Shown: positions 50,201-57,461, counted from the first letter of the stretch. The stretch: DNA of 58,389 nucleotides from Bacteroidales bacterium (GCA_031551935.1 JAVBMZ010000076.1:1-58389), one strand, 5' to 3'. The notes: generated by a model from the sequence alone, not told the origin. Numbers and translations are program-made.

Positions 50201-52850
50201 ATTTGACAAAAGTTCTCCAATGGGTGATACTCCATTTGCCCTTTTCGTCAATAGCACGTACATAAAAGGCATGCAGGCCAGTATTAAGTGATGCAGTACT
50301 GACTGCAAATTTTTTCTGTACATTCTGTCCTTTGGTATCAATGGATATCCGATTAGCTTTGCCTATGCCAGGATCTGAGTCGACAAAATATTCTATTGCC
50401 GTCACATCAGCTATTGAGTAATTTTCTGGTAACTCCGAAACATACAAATCAATCGATTGGGTGATACTCCATTTGCCCAACACGTTTTGCGAACGAATGT
50501 ATAAGGTATGTGATCCGGAAGACACGTCGTCGAGTTGTACCGGAATAAGCTGTTCGCCGGAAGATTGCTGTGACAGGGTTACTATATTTCCAGTCCCAAA
50601 ACCTTTGTCTTTGTCAATAAACCACTCTAAAAGTCGCACATCAGCTTTATCGGGTATCGAGATTTTCAGAAAAGTCTTCATACTGGTCATACTCCATACC
50701 CCATTATTCATACGGGCACGCACATAGAATGTGTGTATTCCCTCTTTGATAGATGCTGATAAAGGCACATTAAATGTCCGACTGACCTTAACGCCAGAAG
50801 TGACATCCACCGCAACAGCCTGTCCAAAACCCGGATCGGTATCGATAAAATATTCTAATGCTACAATTGTTCCTGCTGTTTCTGCGACCATGCTGTAAAA
50901 GGAAACATCTTGTGTAATGCTCCAATCGCCTTTCCGGTTAAGCGACCGTATATACATAGTATGCATCCCCTCGCTATATCCATTATTGATATTGATAACC
51001 AATGTACCATTTGCAGGAATAGGAACTTGCGTGCCTTTTCCAAAACCGGGGTCGCGATCAACGAAATATTCCATTGTAACCGCTTCGCTCAATCCCTCGC
51101 ACACTAAAAAGTGTTGTTGTTGGGTAATGCTCCAATGACCAGAAGCATCCATAGCACGGACATAAAGCGTATACCAACCCTTTTCGGCTCCACCAAGATT
51201 GACGCGGAAAGATTGCGAAATATATTGTCCTTGCACAAATGGGATATTGATAGCTTTTCCAAAGCCAGGATCGGTTTTCCCTGCATCATCCTGTTTTGTG
51301 ATAAAATACTCCAATCTGACAACATCAGGTGTTTCAGGCGCTATCAGACGAAATACCGTCTCATTTTGTGTAACACTCCATTGTCCTTTTGCATTTCGGG
51401 CACGCACATAGAGTGTATGCAAACCTTGTTCTAAATTTTCAAAATCAGCAGTAAATGTCTTGTCTACCTCACTACCCGATATCGCTACTTGATGGGCTTT
51501 ACCAAAACCAGGATCGGTATCTATAAACCATTCAAGCGCAGTCATTGGGTCGCCACCAATGGACATTGCCTTTACAAACATATTGTTCTGTGTGATACTC
51601 CATTTACCGGCTTTATTACGGGCACGCACATAAAGTCTATGCAAACCAGCGCTCAATTGCGAAGTATTGACAGTAAAAGATTGTGTTGACCGTTGTCCCG
51701 GTGCATTCAAAGGTACAGGAATAGCGTTTCCAAAACCCGGATCAGTATCGACAAAATATTCTACATAATTAACATCAAATGCCGTCTGGGCATCGATTTT
51801 AATGAACTCGAGCGTCTGTACAATTCCCCATCGACCCATACTGTTTTTCGAACGTATATACAGCGTATGTACCCCACTCCCTAATGTATCAACATTAATT
51901 TGAAAAGAGGAAGTAATATTCTGGGCTGGAACGTTAATATTGACTGGTGCAGCCTTACCAAATCCGGGATCGGTGTCAATAAAATATTCTAATTGTTCGA
52001 TGTTTGAACCCGTTGAGATATCTGCCTTAACAAAAGTATTACTTTGTGTAATACTCCACTTGCCATCGGAATTGCGCGCACGCACATAGAGTCGATGTAC
52101 GCCTGAACCTATTTGTGAGATATCAACTGTGAATGGTTGTACCACATGGTCGCCCGGCGAAGTAACGACTATATTATTTGCTTTTCCAAAGCCCGGATCC
52201 ACATCAATAAAATATTCCAGGCCTGTGATGTCTGGCAACACTTCAACAAAAAACTGTTGGTAAGATCTTGTTTGGGTAATGCTCCATCGTCCATCCCTAT
52301 CCATTGAACGGATATAAAGCGTATGAGTGCCTGCAGCAGATGGGTCTACACTAATATTGACCAATTGATCAATATTTGCCCCTTGTGTTATCTCAATTTT
52401 ACTCGCCTGACCTATGCCAGGATCGGTATCGATAAAATATTCGAGTCGGACAACACTGGGTACTACATGTATTTTGGTACGGATAAAGGAACGCGCCTGA
52501 GTGATACTCCATACAGGAGTCAGATCGGCTCCATAAGACATGGCCCGTACATACACATGATGAATCCCTTCGGATAAATGAGCTGTAGAAACATTATTAA
52601 CGGTAATAGATATGTCACCTCCCGGGGTAAAGCCTGTTATAATAGGTGTTGCTTTACCTACACCCGGGTCGTTATCAATAAAGTATTCTAAACGCCGAAT
52701 TTGATTTTGGGCAGAAAGTGGTAAAGAAATGAATAAAGAACAATAAATAATAAAGCATGAGAGGCGATATATCATTCTGCCAAGGTTTTTTTGCCTTGAT
52801 ATGGGCTTTTCGATGTGCCATTTGTGATATATATGCCGAATTAAATTCAT
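44220..52850 (-). CDS. Giant secreted repeat protein (2876 aa): 31 tandem ~76-aa units of unassigned family, then 3 Cys/Trp-containing ~90-aa domains, then 2 PKD-like domains
   Basis: Uninterrupted 8.6-kb ORF. The probable start is 52775 (MIYRLSCFIIYCSLFISLPLSAQNQ signal peptide). For repeat details see the repeat feature at 45603..52700. The C-terminus (...DIMVVPSIDTGPIYRLPNWE) lacks type-A and type-B T9SS sorting motifs. Confidence 0.9.
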   Translation of the reverse strand: MNLIRHIYHKWHIEKPISRQKNLGRMIYRLSCFIIYCSLFISLPLSAQNQIRRLEYFIDNDPGVGKATPIITGFTPGGDISITVNNVSTAHLSEGIHHVYVRAMSYGADLTPVWSITQARSFIRTKIHVVPSVVRLEYFIDTDPGIGQASKIEITQGANIDQLVNISVDPSAAGTHTLYIRSMDRDGRWSITQTRSYQQFFVEVLPDITGLEYFIDVDPGFGKANNIVVTSPGDHVVQPFTVDISQIGSGVHRLYVRARNSDGKWSITQSNTFVKADISTGSNIEQLEYFIDTDPGFGKAAPVNINVPAQNITSSFQINVDTLGSGVHTLYIRSKNSMGRWGIVQTLEFIKIDAQTAFDVNYVEYFVDTDPGFGNAIPVPLNAPGQRSTQSFTVNTSQLSAGLHRLYVRARNKAGKWSITQNNMFVKAMSIGGDPMTALEWFIDTDPGFGKAHQVAISGSEVDKTFTADFENLEQGLHTLYVRARNAKGQWSVTQNETVFRLIAPETPDVVRLEYFITKQDDAGKTDPGFGKAINIPFVQGQYISQSFRVNLGGAEKGWYTLYVRAMDASGHWSITQQQHFLVCEGLSEAVTMEYFVDRDPGFGKGTQVPIPANGTLVININNGYSEGMHTMYIRSLNRKGDWSITQDVSFYSMVAETAGTIVALEYFIDTDPGFGQAVAVDVTSGVKVSRTFNVPLSASIKEGIHTFYVRARMNNGVWSMTSMKTFLKISIPDKADVRLLEWFIDKDKGFGTGNIVTLSQQSSGEQLIPVQLDDVSSGSHTLYIRSQNVLGKWSITQSIDLYVSELPENYSIADVTAIEYFVDSDPGIGKANRISIDTKGQNVQKKFAVSTASLNTGLHAFYVRAIDEKGKWSITHWRTFVKSAIPADYQLAEISRMEWFIDVDPGFGKANQLSVPTGINTGTSFDISLSGIDNGPHTLYVRAADANGKWTITQDISFFSTDIPLNVSKKVSYLEYFIDTDPGFGKGKNIPINNIGEDVYQQVFIPTDDIWSGIHTLYIRARDDQGFWTITQDINLVIVENPRLYGFPDIVALEYFLDDDPGFGNATMVNIPNRSVDVNHRFFIELDTVPEGAHTLYVRGMNSLGQWSHTQDISIFNTGIPRFEGIKSIVAFEYFVDKDPGFGNANYVATQTPDQSVRQRITVNVDTLKSGLHAVYVRALDNTGKWSHTQSSTFMRIEIKPIPSVVSMEWFIDIDPGFGKAKKVTISAATEINRLFNVTLPDHMNSGTHTLYVRALNGNGQWSITHSLDFEVIDITKQPGLAALEYFIDTDPGFGSATAMPIPYGDDHAVVTAYVPLTGFAPGIHTLYVRAKGMENEWSITQYATFNVVKVMRDRKMLGMEYFIDTDPGFGKANQVSITPSTTIDKTFNVDLTNKLPGLHTLYVRVRDENNEWSITQDVTFIRLEEIKVKNIVKAEYYIDEWKEFGAGIDIPITVGTSIMKTVQVNSSLLADGIHTIYVRVKDNLGSWSITQIQQFIKASKHHASHTVAMEWFIDSDPGFGLANPVTVTSSTVNIPINTTALLPGMHTLYIRAKNENGRWGITQDFSFIRLEENILRNIVAYEWFVDTDPGFGKSPNLTAVTPSSQISQTVPVDLSGTSDGIHTMYVRVRDNLGKWSISQRFTFLKTTQQTPANLVALEYFIDTDPGFGAGQQIGISGTEITHAFVFIDAANLTDGLHTLYIRALDDKNHWGITQDITFVRYEDTRQIADVAAIEWFIGDDENDDPGFGKVPASQRFTYATPQRVVIETFTVDISALNEGWHNFYVRAKNDTDAWSITQYQPFYVVKLNEVEALEYFIDTDKGFGQNTVVPVTPGKQVTAKINIPVSGLNEGMHTLFIRAKDNKGSWSITQYQNFVKVHSTRDYTELARLEWFVDTDPGFGSGRSIPLTGNNMNPAFVVETENLLDGGHTLYIRSLDKSGMWSITQDISFIKRSVGELLTSDLAYIEYFFDEDRGFGKGTMIPISGTQVIKSFTAQLPANTLPGLHTFYVRAQDTLGHWSQTQYNQFIKVEQRIIPNPVAIEYFIDQDPGFGKATRGSLTGAHVNVDNVSEGFHTLYVRALDDAGKWSITHNIGFMKVDIATISDVIAIEWFMDHDPGFGNAHAIPPFTVANKVTRTFAISLTAIDDGIHQLYIRAKDSKGNWSITQFRSFIKSTVRVRPNVVAVEYFIDTDPGFGKGKSVAISPSAKDYTASLTITADMLTSGSHTLYVRALDEFNKWSITQDISVQVVDMEETKISKVKALEYFFDRDPGFGMGHMIAISPTVEKASRKFLVPTSTLSDGLHILFIRAINEDNSWSVTHYNAFIKIPAIKGVPDIVRIEYFVDTDPGFGKGKPIEPSPDRNVDKSFDVDLTGIDLGQHVLYVRALNRDGKWAITHDIPFESKNIPEDDTSDRPVGGSITPALSTICQDATVVLRAQDYKTSIAAWDIRYLEEDGTVVSDWTTFNTVKNQNIITVSPRFSGRWQYRVRVFNGDRGPEYSKLAEIVVLPVAVGGMVTTNASEYVCSGKSFMLYLEEYKGEVVRWQQRNTTITTTWTDVLETNDVIAMTPPEGGKWEYRAEVAMSECSNAYSQILSVDVISSTTGGKVTPATLTSCPGKTFELIAKEYLGKIVRWQSSTDKGFTWKDIFVTEDILLNTLNDMGEVWYRAVIKAGNCDETYSEPSVVTVLSKIEDAGAISGPDIICVPSEHIEYSIPAMTVDGYEWTLPIGASIESGSNTNKISVYWPVTAQSGAITVKGTSLLCGVGKESVLPIEVRQRPATPNITGSSSVCVGQQVTYMATDVPGATYIWALPAGWTIISSDPDSRIISVMPGSISGTISVTVVANGCSSEIGTLDIMVVPSIDTGPIYRLPNWE
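45603..52700 (-). repeat. 31 head-to-tail coding repeats (68-82 aa, ~230 nt)
   Basis: Every unit starts [LMIVFYA]E[YW][FY][IVLFM]DxDPGFGxA and ends GxHTLY[VI]RAxDxxGxWS[IV]TQxxxF. The DNA block ccaaaNccNggatcNgtatcNatNaaNtaYtc recurs at ~230-nt spacing with differences at synonymous sites. Confidence 0.9.
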
Positions 52851-52870
52851 CCTGTTCGTTATCCTATCCT

Positions 52871-52907
52871 CCTAACAGGTTTGTCAAACCTGTTAGGTTT
52901 ATTTTTT
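52871..52907. repeat. CCTRACAGG-family hairpin (12-bp perfect stem) plus T-run on the + strand, in the leader of the giant gene
   Basis: cctaacaggttt (52871-52882), gtc, aaacctgttagg (52886-52897), then tttatttttt. It lies 21 nt upstream of ATG 52850 and 96 nt upstream of the probable start at 52775. Confidence 0.7.
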
Positions 52908-53353
52908 ATTCTTTCATTGATGAAAATCTATTTCATCAAATTTTATCATCTGAAAATCCTATTGGAGTTGTTTTAAAACTTAACAAGTATTGAGACTCAT
53001 TCAAAAACCTTTGAGTCATATATTCCATTTTGTTAATGCATCATTTCTTCGTGTACTAACCATTTTTTGTCATACTATTCGAACAAATTTCCAACATCAT
53101 CAAAATAATGAATAACAACGTCCCTTTTCAGGTTTCTGGGAAATAATGGAAGAATATGATGAAAAGATAAGTCGAAGATGATAAAATCCATGTCTAATGG
53201 AATTCAAATGAATATATACCACTAATTTGCATCAGATAACTAACATCTACTATCTGATTGATTCATTTATATTCCCAACATCCTATCAGAACTTATCATT
53301 AATCATAACTTTGTTTTCTAAGCTATGACTCTGTTTTCGATTTGGTATTTTAA

Positions 53354-53381
53354 CCTGACAGGTCTTTGAAGACCTGTCAGG
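53354..53381 (-). terminator. CCTRACAGG-family hairpin, 11-bp perfect stem, 8 nt after the stop of 53389..54993
   Basis: cctgacaggtc (53354-53364), tttgaa, gacctgtcagg (53371-53381). There is only a weak U-tract on the minus strand (ttaaaata). Confidence 0.5.
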
Positions 53382-53388
53382 AAATGTA

Positions 53389-54993
53389 TCAATGTGATTT
53401 TACCTTTACGCGTACTTCAAATCCAGTTGATGGAACTTCATTACCACCCGGAATAGTGATTTCCCATACGGCCGGAATGGTGTACAAACCTGAGAAGATA
53501 TAAGGAGCCAAACCACCATACATACCACGTTGCTTGGCCGTTTCAGCGGCAGCAGGGGGTGAACCGGGGTTCAAAGCAAACGAATTATCTACATACCAAG
53601 TTCCTGGAGAAACAAACCAGTTGGTGTTGGTGCTTTCATACACATCGCCGGTGCCATTGGCAGAAGCCATTCCACCATAAAGCCTTGCCTGATTTTGCCA
53701 AAGAGTACTGTTCAAAATAATATTGTCTTTGGTATCGTTTGCTACAGTTGCCCGTGTAGCTGTAGGGCCAAATTGTGTCGGCAAACCATAACAAGCTTCT
53801 GCATGTGTCACTGTGCCATGAGTCCATCCCGGATAAAACAGATTGTTGGATAAACGGGCTGCTTTAGCCGCTATATTAAAAGCATAATAAAAAGTATTGT
53901 TTTGAAGGGTTGGATTCACTACCGGCCATGTAAAACGATTATAGTATGTTTCTCTATCTTCACTCCATGTATGCGCAGAAAGATACTCTGTAGCCGGCCA
54001 TGGTGCCGCCGATTTACCCTTTCCCCTCAAATCAATTACCAAGTATGAAGTGGCTTGAACAGGACCATTGAGAGATACAGCGCTGGTGGTTGTATTGTTG
54101 TTCCCATGAGTTCCATTATAAGCATATCCTATACAAACACCATCATTCCGGAAAAAACTATTGGAAATAATCAGATTAATGACAGGCTTATCGCTTACAC
54201 GACAGGCAATCATACCTGGGTTGAAAAAACACTTAGTAACCGTAATATTTTTCAACGTATCGGTATTATATAATTCTAAGAAATATAATTTGTTGTGGCT
54301 TATGATCACATTGTTGGCATTCACCATTACTTTATATTTAGTACCTTGATTCCAACATCTTGCCTGAGCAGTTGCCAGATTACTGACGCAACCGTTAATG
54401 TTTCCGAAATTTCCGGCACTGTATCCCGATGTTGTAGCTTCATCATAAAAAGGCCATACACCGGAATATACATATTTATTAAAAATATCTGTCGCCACAA
54501 AACGCCCCACAGGTCCATAAGCTGAATTACCTGCAAAAATGTTCACAGATGTCGCATTGCTATTAGCACCATCATCGATCATGTTGGATGGCATTTGCTC
54601 TAATCCGGCAATAACTGTTCCGGCTGCTTCCTTGGCAATATAAAGACTATAAAATCTGGCAGGGTATTTATTGTGCTGTGTTTCGCTATTTTTATCTAGT
54701 AAATAACCAGGGCCAATAATCACTAGCCGTTTCTTTACTGTATCCATCGATACTCCAGATACGGAATTATCCTTACCATAAGGTCCTTTTGAAGATCCCT
54801 CGATGTGAAGCGTGTCACCTGCATTTACTTTGCTTGACCTCAAGGCCAAAGTCAGTGCAGATGTCGAACCGACATCCCAAAAATCACAACTTTTATTGGG
54901 GTTATTGTTTACGCGCCAAATCTTTGCTGAGGCGTCCTGAGTAACCGCTAACCCGGCCACCACTATGATGAGAAATAAACAAATCTTTTTCAT
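53389..54993 (-). CDS. Secreted right-handed parallel beta-helix protein, paralogue 1 (534 aa)
   Basis: Signal peptide ...TQDASA|KIWRVNNN. Asn-ladder-type repeats ISNSFFRND, LQNNTFYYAF, LSNNLFY. C-terminal block QRGMYGGLAPYIFSGLYTIPAVWEI...GFEVRVKVKSH shared with the next two genes. Confidence 0.75.
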   Translation of the reverse strand: MKKICLFLIIVVAGLAVTQDASAKIWRVNNNPNKSCDFWDVGSTSALTLALRSSKVNAGDTLHIEGSSKGPYGKDNSVSGVSMDTVKKRLVIIGPGYLLDKNSETQHNKYPARFYSLYIAKEAAGTVIAGLEQMPSNMIDDGANSNATSVNIFAGNSAYGPVGRFVATDIFNKYVYSGVWPFYDEATTSGYSAGNFGNINGCVSNLATAQARCWNQGTKYKVMVNANNVIISHNKLYFLELYNTDTLKNITVTKCFFNPGMIACRVSDKPVINLIISNSFFRNDGVCIGYAYNGTHGNNNTTTSAVSLNGPVQATSYLVIDLRGKGKSAAPWPATEYLSAHTWSEDRETYYNRFTWPVVNPTLQNNTFYYAFNIAAKAARLSNNLFYPGWTHGTVTHAEACYGLPTQFGPTATRATVANDTKDNIILNSTLWQNQARLYGGMASANGTGDVYESTNTNWFVSPGTWYVDNSFALNPGSPPAAAETAKQRGMYGGLAPYIFSGLYTIPAVWEITIPGGNEVPSTGFEVRVKVKSH

Positions 54994-55049
54994 TGTATAT
55001 TGATTATGGTATATTATTCTATGTGTACTATATTATTGTTCTTGATATT

Positions 55050-56186
55050 TTAATGCGCCATTACTTTTACAGTCACTTCAAAGCCATCGGCAGAGACTTC
55101 TGTCGGCATTACAATTTCATATACGGCTGGTATAGAAGTAAGCCCCGATTTACCATAAGGCGCTAATCCACCATACATACCGTATTCTTTAATGGCAGCA
55201 GCTTCGGTTGGTATATTGCGTAAAGGCGAAGGACTTCCTGTTTTAGAAGTAAAATAAGCATCATACAACTCATTGTTGCCCGAACCTGTGAACCAAGCTA
55301 ATGGATCGGTTGCTGCCGATACCGTATTGGCTTCACCGTTTTCAACAACTCCCGTCCATGCATAATTGGTAATGTTTTGTGTACATGGTTTAGAGGGAGC
55401 ATCCACTGTAATAGCAGATGCAACGTTACTGGCTGCACGGTAAAATGCATTGCGGGTAATATCTGCCCCTGTGTTCATAGTCGTAATGGCAAAATTTTTG
55501 TAAAAAGTATTGTTGCTGATACGCGATTTTACATTTACGTTCAAATCAATAACTGTATTGCCAGTTCCGTCATTTCTGAAAAAATTGTTCATAATGTTCA
55601 GGTTGGAAACAATAGAAGCGCCGGTAGTACGTATGACGCCTGGTCCAAACCATGATTTTTTAATATCAATATCACTCAAGGATTTGTCATTGTTGATCTC
55701 TACAACAAAAAGCCGGCTATTGATCACTTTGACATAGCTGGCATTGATGATCACGCGAGGACCTGTCCACAATGCTGCAGAAGCTGATGTCATGGCAACA
55801 GTGAAACTCGAAGTACTGGTGTTTGCCTGAGCATGCACATCATGTTCCACACCTGCTATTACCACACTATCAGCCGTAATCGTAATGGTACCCAGTTTTG
55901 CCGGTTGCTTGATGTATTGTGTTTCCAAGTTATTCGACAAATAATATCCCGGACCGAAAATATGCAGGGCTTTTTTATTGATAGTTACACTATTAAGATA
56001 TGGTATGGAAGACCCCTCTATATGTATGGTATCGCCTGCCCCCACCCGATTGTCATCGATAACGGCTTGCGTGAAATCTGTAAAATCGCAAGCTACTCCT
56101 GCGTTATTGTTTACCCGCCATATTTTAGCGGAGGCATTATATCCTCCCACAAGCAGGCTTACAAAAATGATCAGATACTTCTTCAT
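55050..56186 (-). CDS. Secreted right-handed parallel beta-helix protein, paralogue 2 (378 aa)
   Basis: Signal ...GYNASA|KIWRVNNN, GDTIHIEGS, IFGPGYYL, IMNNFFRNDGTGN, ISNNTFYKNF, ITRNAFY. C-terminal EYGMYGGLAPYGKSGLTSIPAVYEI...GFEVTVKVMAH. Confidence 0.75.
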   Translation of the reverse strand: MKKYLIIFVSLLVGGYNASAKIWRVNNNAGVACDFTDFTQAVIDDNRVGAGDTIHIEGSSIPYLNSVTINKKALHIFGPGYYLSNNLETQYIKQPAKLGTITITADSVVIAGVEHDVHAQANTSTSSFTVAMTSASAALWTGPRVIINASYVKVINSRLFVVEINNDKSLSDIDIKKSWFGPGVIRTTGASIVSNLNIMNNFFRNDGTGNTVIDLNVNVKSRISNNTFYKNFAITTMNTGADITRNAFYRAASNVASAITVDAPSKPCTQNITNYAWTGVVENGEANTVSAATDPLAWFTGSGNNELYDAYFTSKTGSPSPLRNIPTEAAAIKEYGMYGGLAPYGKSGLTSIPAVYEIVMPTEVSADGFEVTVKVMAH

Positions 56187-56230
56187 ATGATTGTTGATTT
56201 TTAAATTTTACATTTTTATGAATTTGTGCC

Positions 56231-56263
56231 AGACCTAACAGGAAAACAATACCTGTCAGGTCT
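56231..56263. repeat. CCTRACAGG-family hairpin plus T-run on the + strand, between paralogues 3 and 2
   Basis: agacctaacagg (56231-56242), 9-nt loop, cctgtcaggtct (56252-56263), then ttttatttattt. The single A/C mismatch on the + strand becomes a G-U pair on the minus-strand RNA. Confidence 0.65.
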
Positions 56264-56281
56264 TTTTATTTATTTATCGTT

Positions 56282-57394
56282 TTAATGAACACTCGCTTGA
56301 ATGACCATATCAAATTGATTACCTACTTCACCATCCATCAGGATGCTATATACTGAAGGTATTGCATACATTCCTGAACGAATATACGGTGTGCGTCCTC
56401 CATACATGCCGCGTTGTTTTTCGTCGCTGGTGAGATCACTGTTATCTCTCAATGGACAAGTGGCGCCCATGTGCGCCGAACGATAATATACATCTATTTT
56501 TTCGTCGTTACCGCTACAGGAAAACCAGTTCTCAAGCGTCGCAAACTGCACATCATTTACACCTCCATAGGTCGTAATTTGTGCATCAAATGCGATATTG
56601 GAAACATTACTATTATATGTATTGGTAGAATAATAATTCAATGCCGGTGTTACTGTGGAGTAAAAAGCATTGCTTTCAATATTTGTATTGTACACAGTTA
56701 CTTTAAAATTTTTATAAAAGGTATTGTTCCCAAGTCGCCAGTCAGCGCAAGCCGTCACTGATGTATTAGCAATGACATCATAAGGAGTCTGATCATTGCG
56801 GAAAAAACAATTGCTGATGCTTAAACTTGTAATAGGATTTGCTGTGTTTTTGGCCACATACACCACACCTGGGTTAAAAAAACATTTCTGAATGGAAATA
56901 TTGATCAACGACTTGTTGTTATTGTTCAGTTCAACAAAAAATAACCGGCAATTAATAATTTTAATCGTATCGGTCTGAATAACAATCTTGTTTCCCGCAT
57001 AAGCAGAGGTGGAAACAATAGAAAAACCGCTGGTCGAACCCATATTGTATTGCTCAATCCCTGCAATCACAGAACCTTGACTACCAGTATCAAAAATAAT
57101 GTTACCGTTCATCTTAGCCGGTTCCTTGTTGTATTGCGTTTTTTCCGTAGATGTCAAAAAATATCCCGGACCAATAATCACCACCTTACGATCTATGGTC
57201 ACATTACCAGTGTATGGACTCACCGAACCTTCAATATGAATGGTATCAACCGCCGTTTTGGAAGCCGCGCCTACCGCATCGTTCAGTGAGGTATAAACAT
57301 TTAATAAACCTGTATTATTGTTCACCCTGAGAATTTTAGCCTGTAAAGAAGGCGTCAAAATCATCAGAAATATCCATAAATATCCTTGTTTCAT
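56282..57394 (-). CDS. Secreted right-handed parallel beta-helix protein, paralogue 3 (370 aa)
   Basis: Signal ...TPSLQA|KILRVNNN, DTIHIEGS, IIGPGYFL, ISNCFFRNDQ, LGNNTFYKNF, IESNAFY. C-terminal QRGMYGGRTPYIRSGMYAIPSVYSI...FDMVIQASVH. Confidence 0.75.
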   Translation of the reverse strand: MKQGYLWIFLMILTPSLQAKILRVNNNTGLLNVYTSLNDAVGAASKTAVDTIHIEGSVSPYTGNVTIDRKVVIIGPGYFLTSTEKTQYNKEPAKMNGNIIFDTGSQGSVIAGIEQYNMGSTSGFSIVSTSAYAGNKIVIQTDTIKIINCRLFFVELNNNNKSLINISIQKCFFNPGVVYVAKNTANPITSLSISNCFFRNDQTPYDVIANTSVTACADWRLGNNTFYKNFKVTVYNTNIESNAFYSTVTPALNYYSTNTYNSNVSNIAFDAQITTYGGVNDVQFATLENWFSCSGNDEKIDVYYRSAHMGATCPLRDNSDLTSDEKQRGMYGGRTPYIRSGMYAIPSVYSILMDGEVGNQFDMVIQASVH

Positions 57395-57420
57395 TTCCGT
57401 ATTTATTTACCTAATTGATG

Positions 57421-57461
57421 CCTTCTTGTACGTATAAACGACAAGAAGGTTTCGCTTTTTA
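57421..57461. other. 9-bp hairpin plus T-run on the + strand, 27 nt upstream of the paralogue-3 start codon
   Basis: ccttcttgt (57421-57429), 11-nt loop, acaagaagg (57441-57449), then tttcgcttttta. Confidence 0.5.

Noticed and set aside
44230-52993. Dozens of + strand ORFs (for example 44698..45075, 45100..45498, 46347..46802, 49329..49742) antisense to the giant repeat gene
   Set aside because: They are embedded in an uninterrupted 8.6-kb minus-strand ORF with 31 conserved repeats. The periodic codon bias removes stops from antisense frames, and their sequences show no independent conservation pattern between repeat units.
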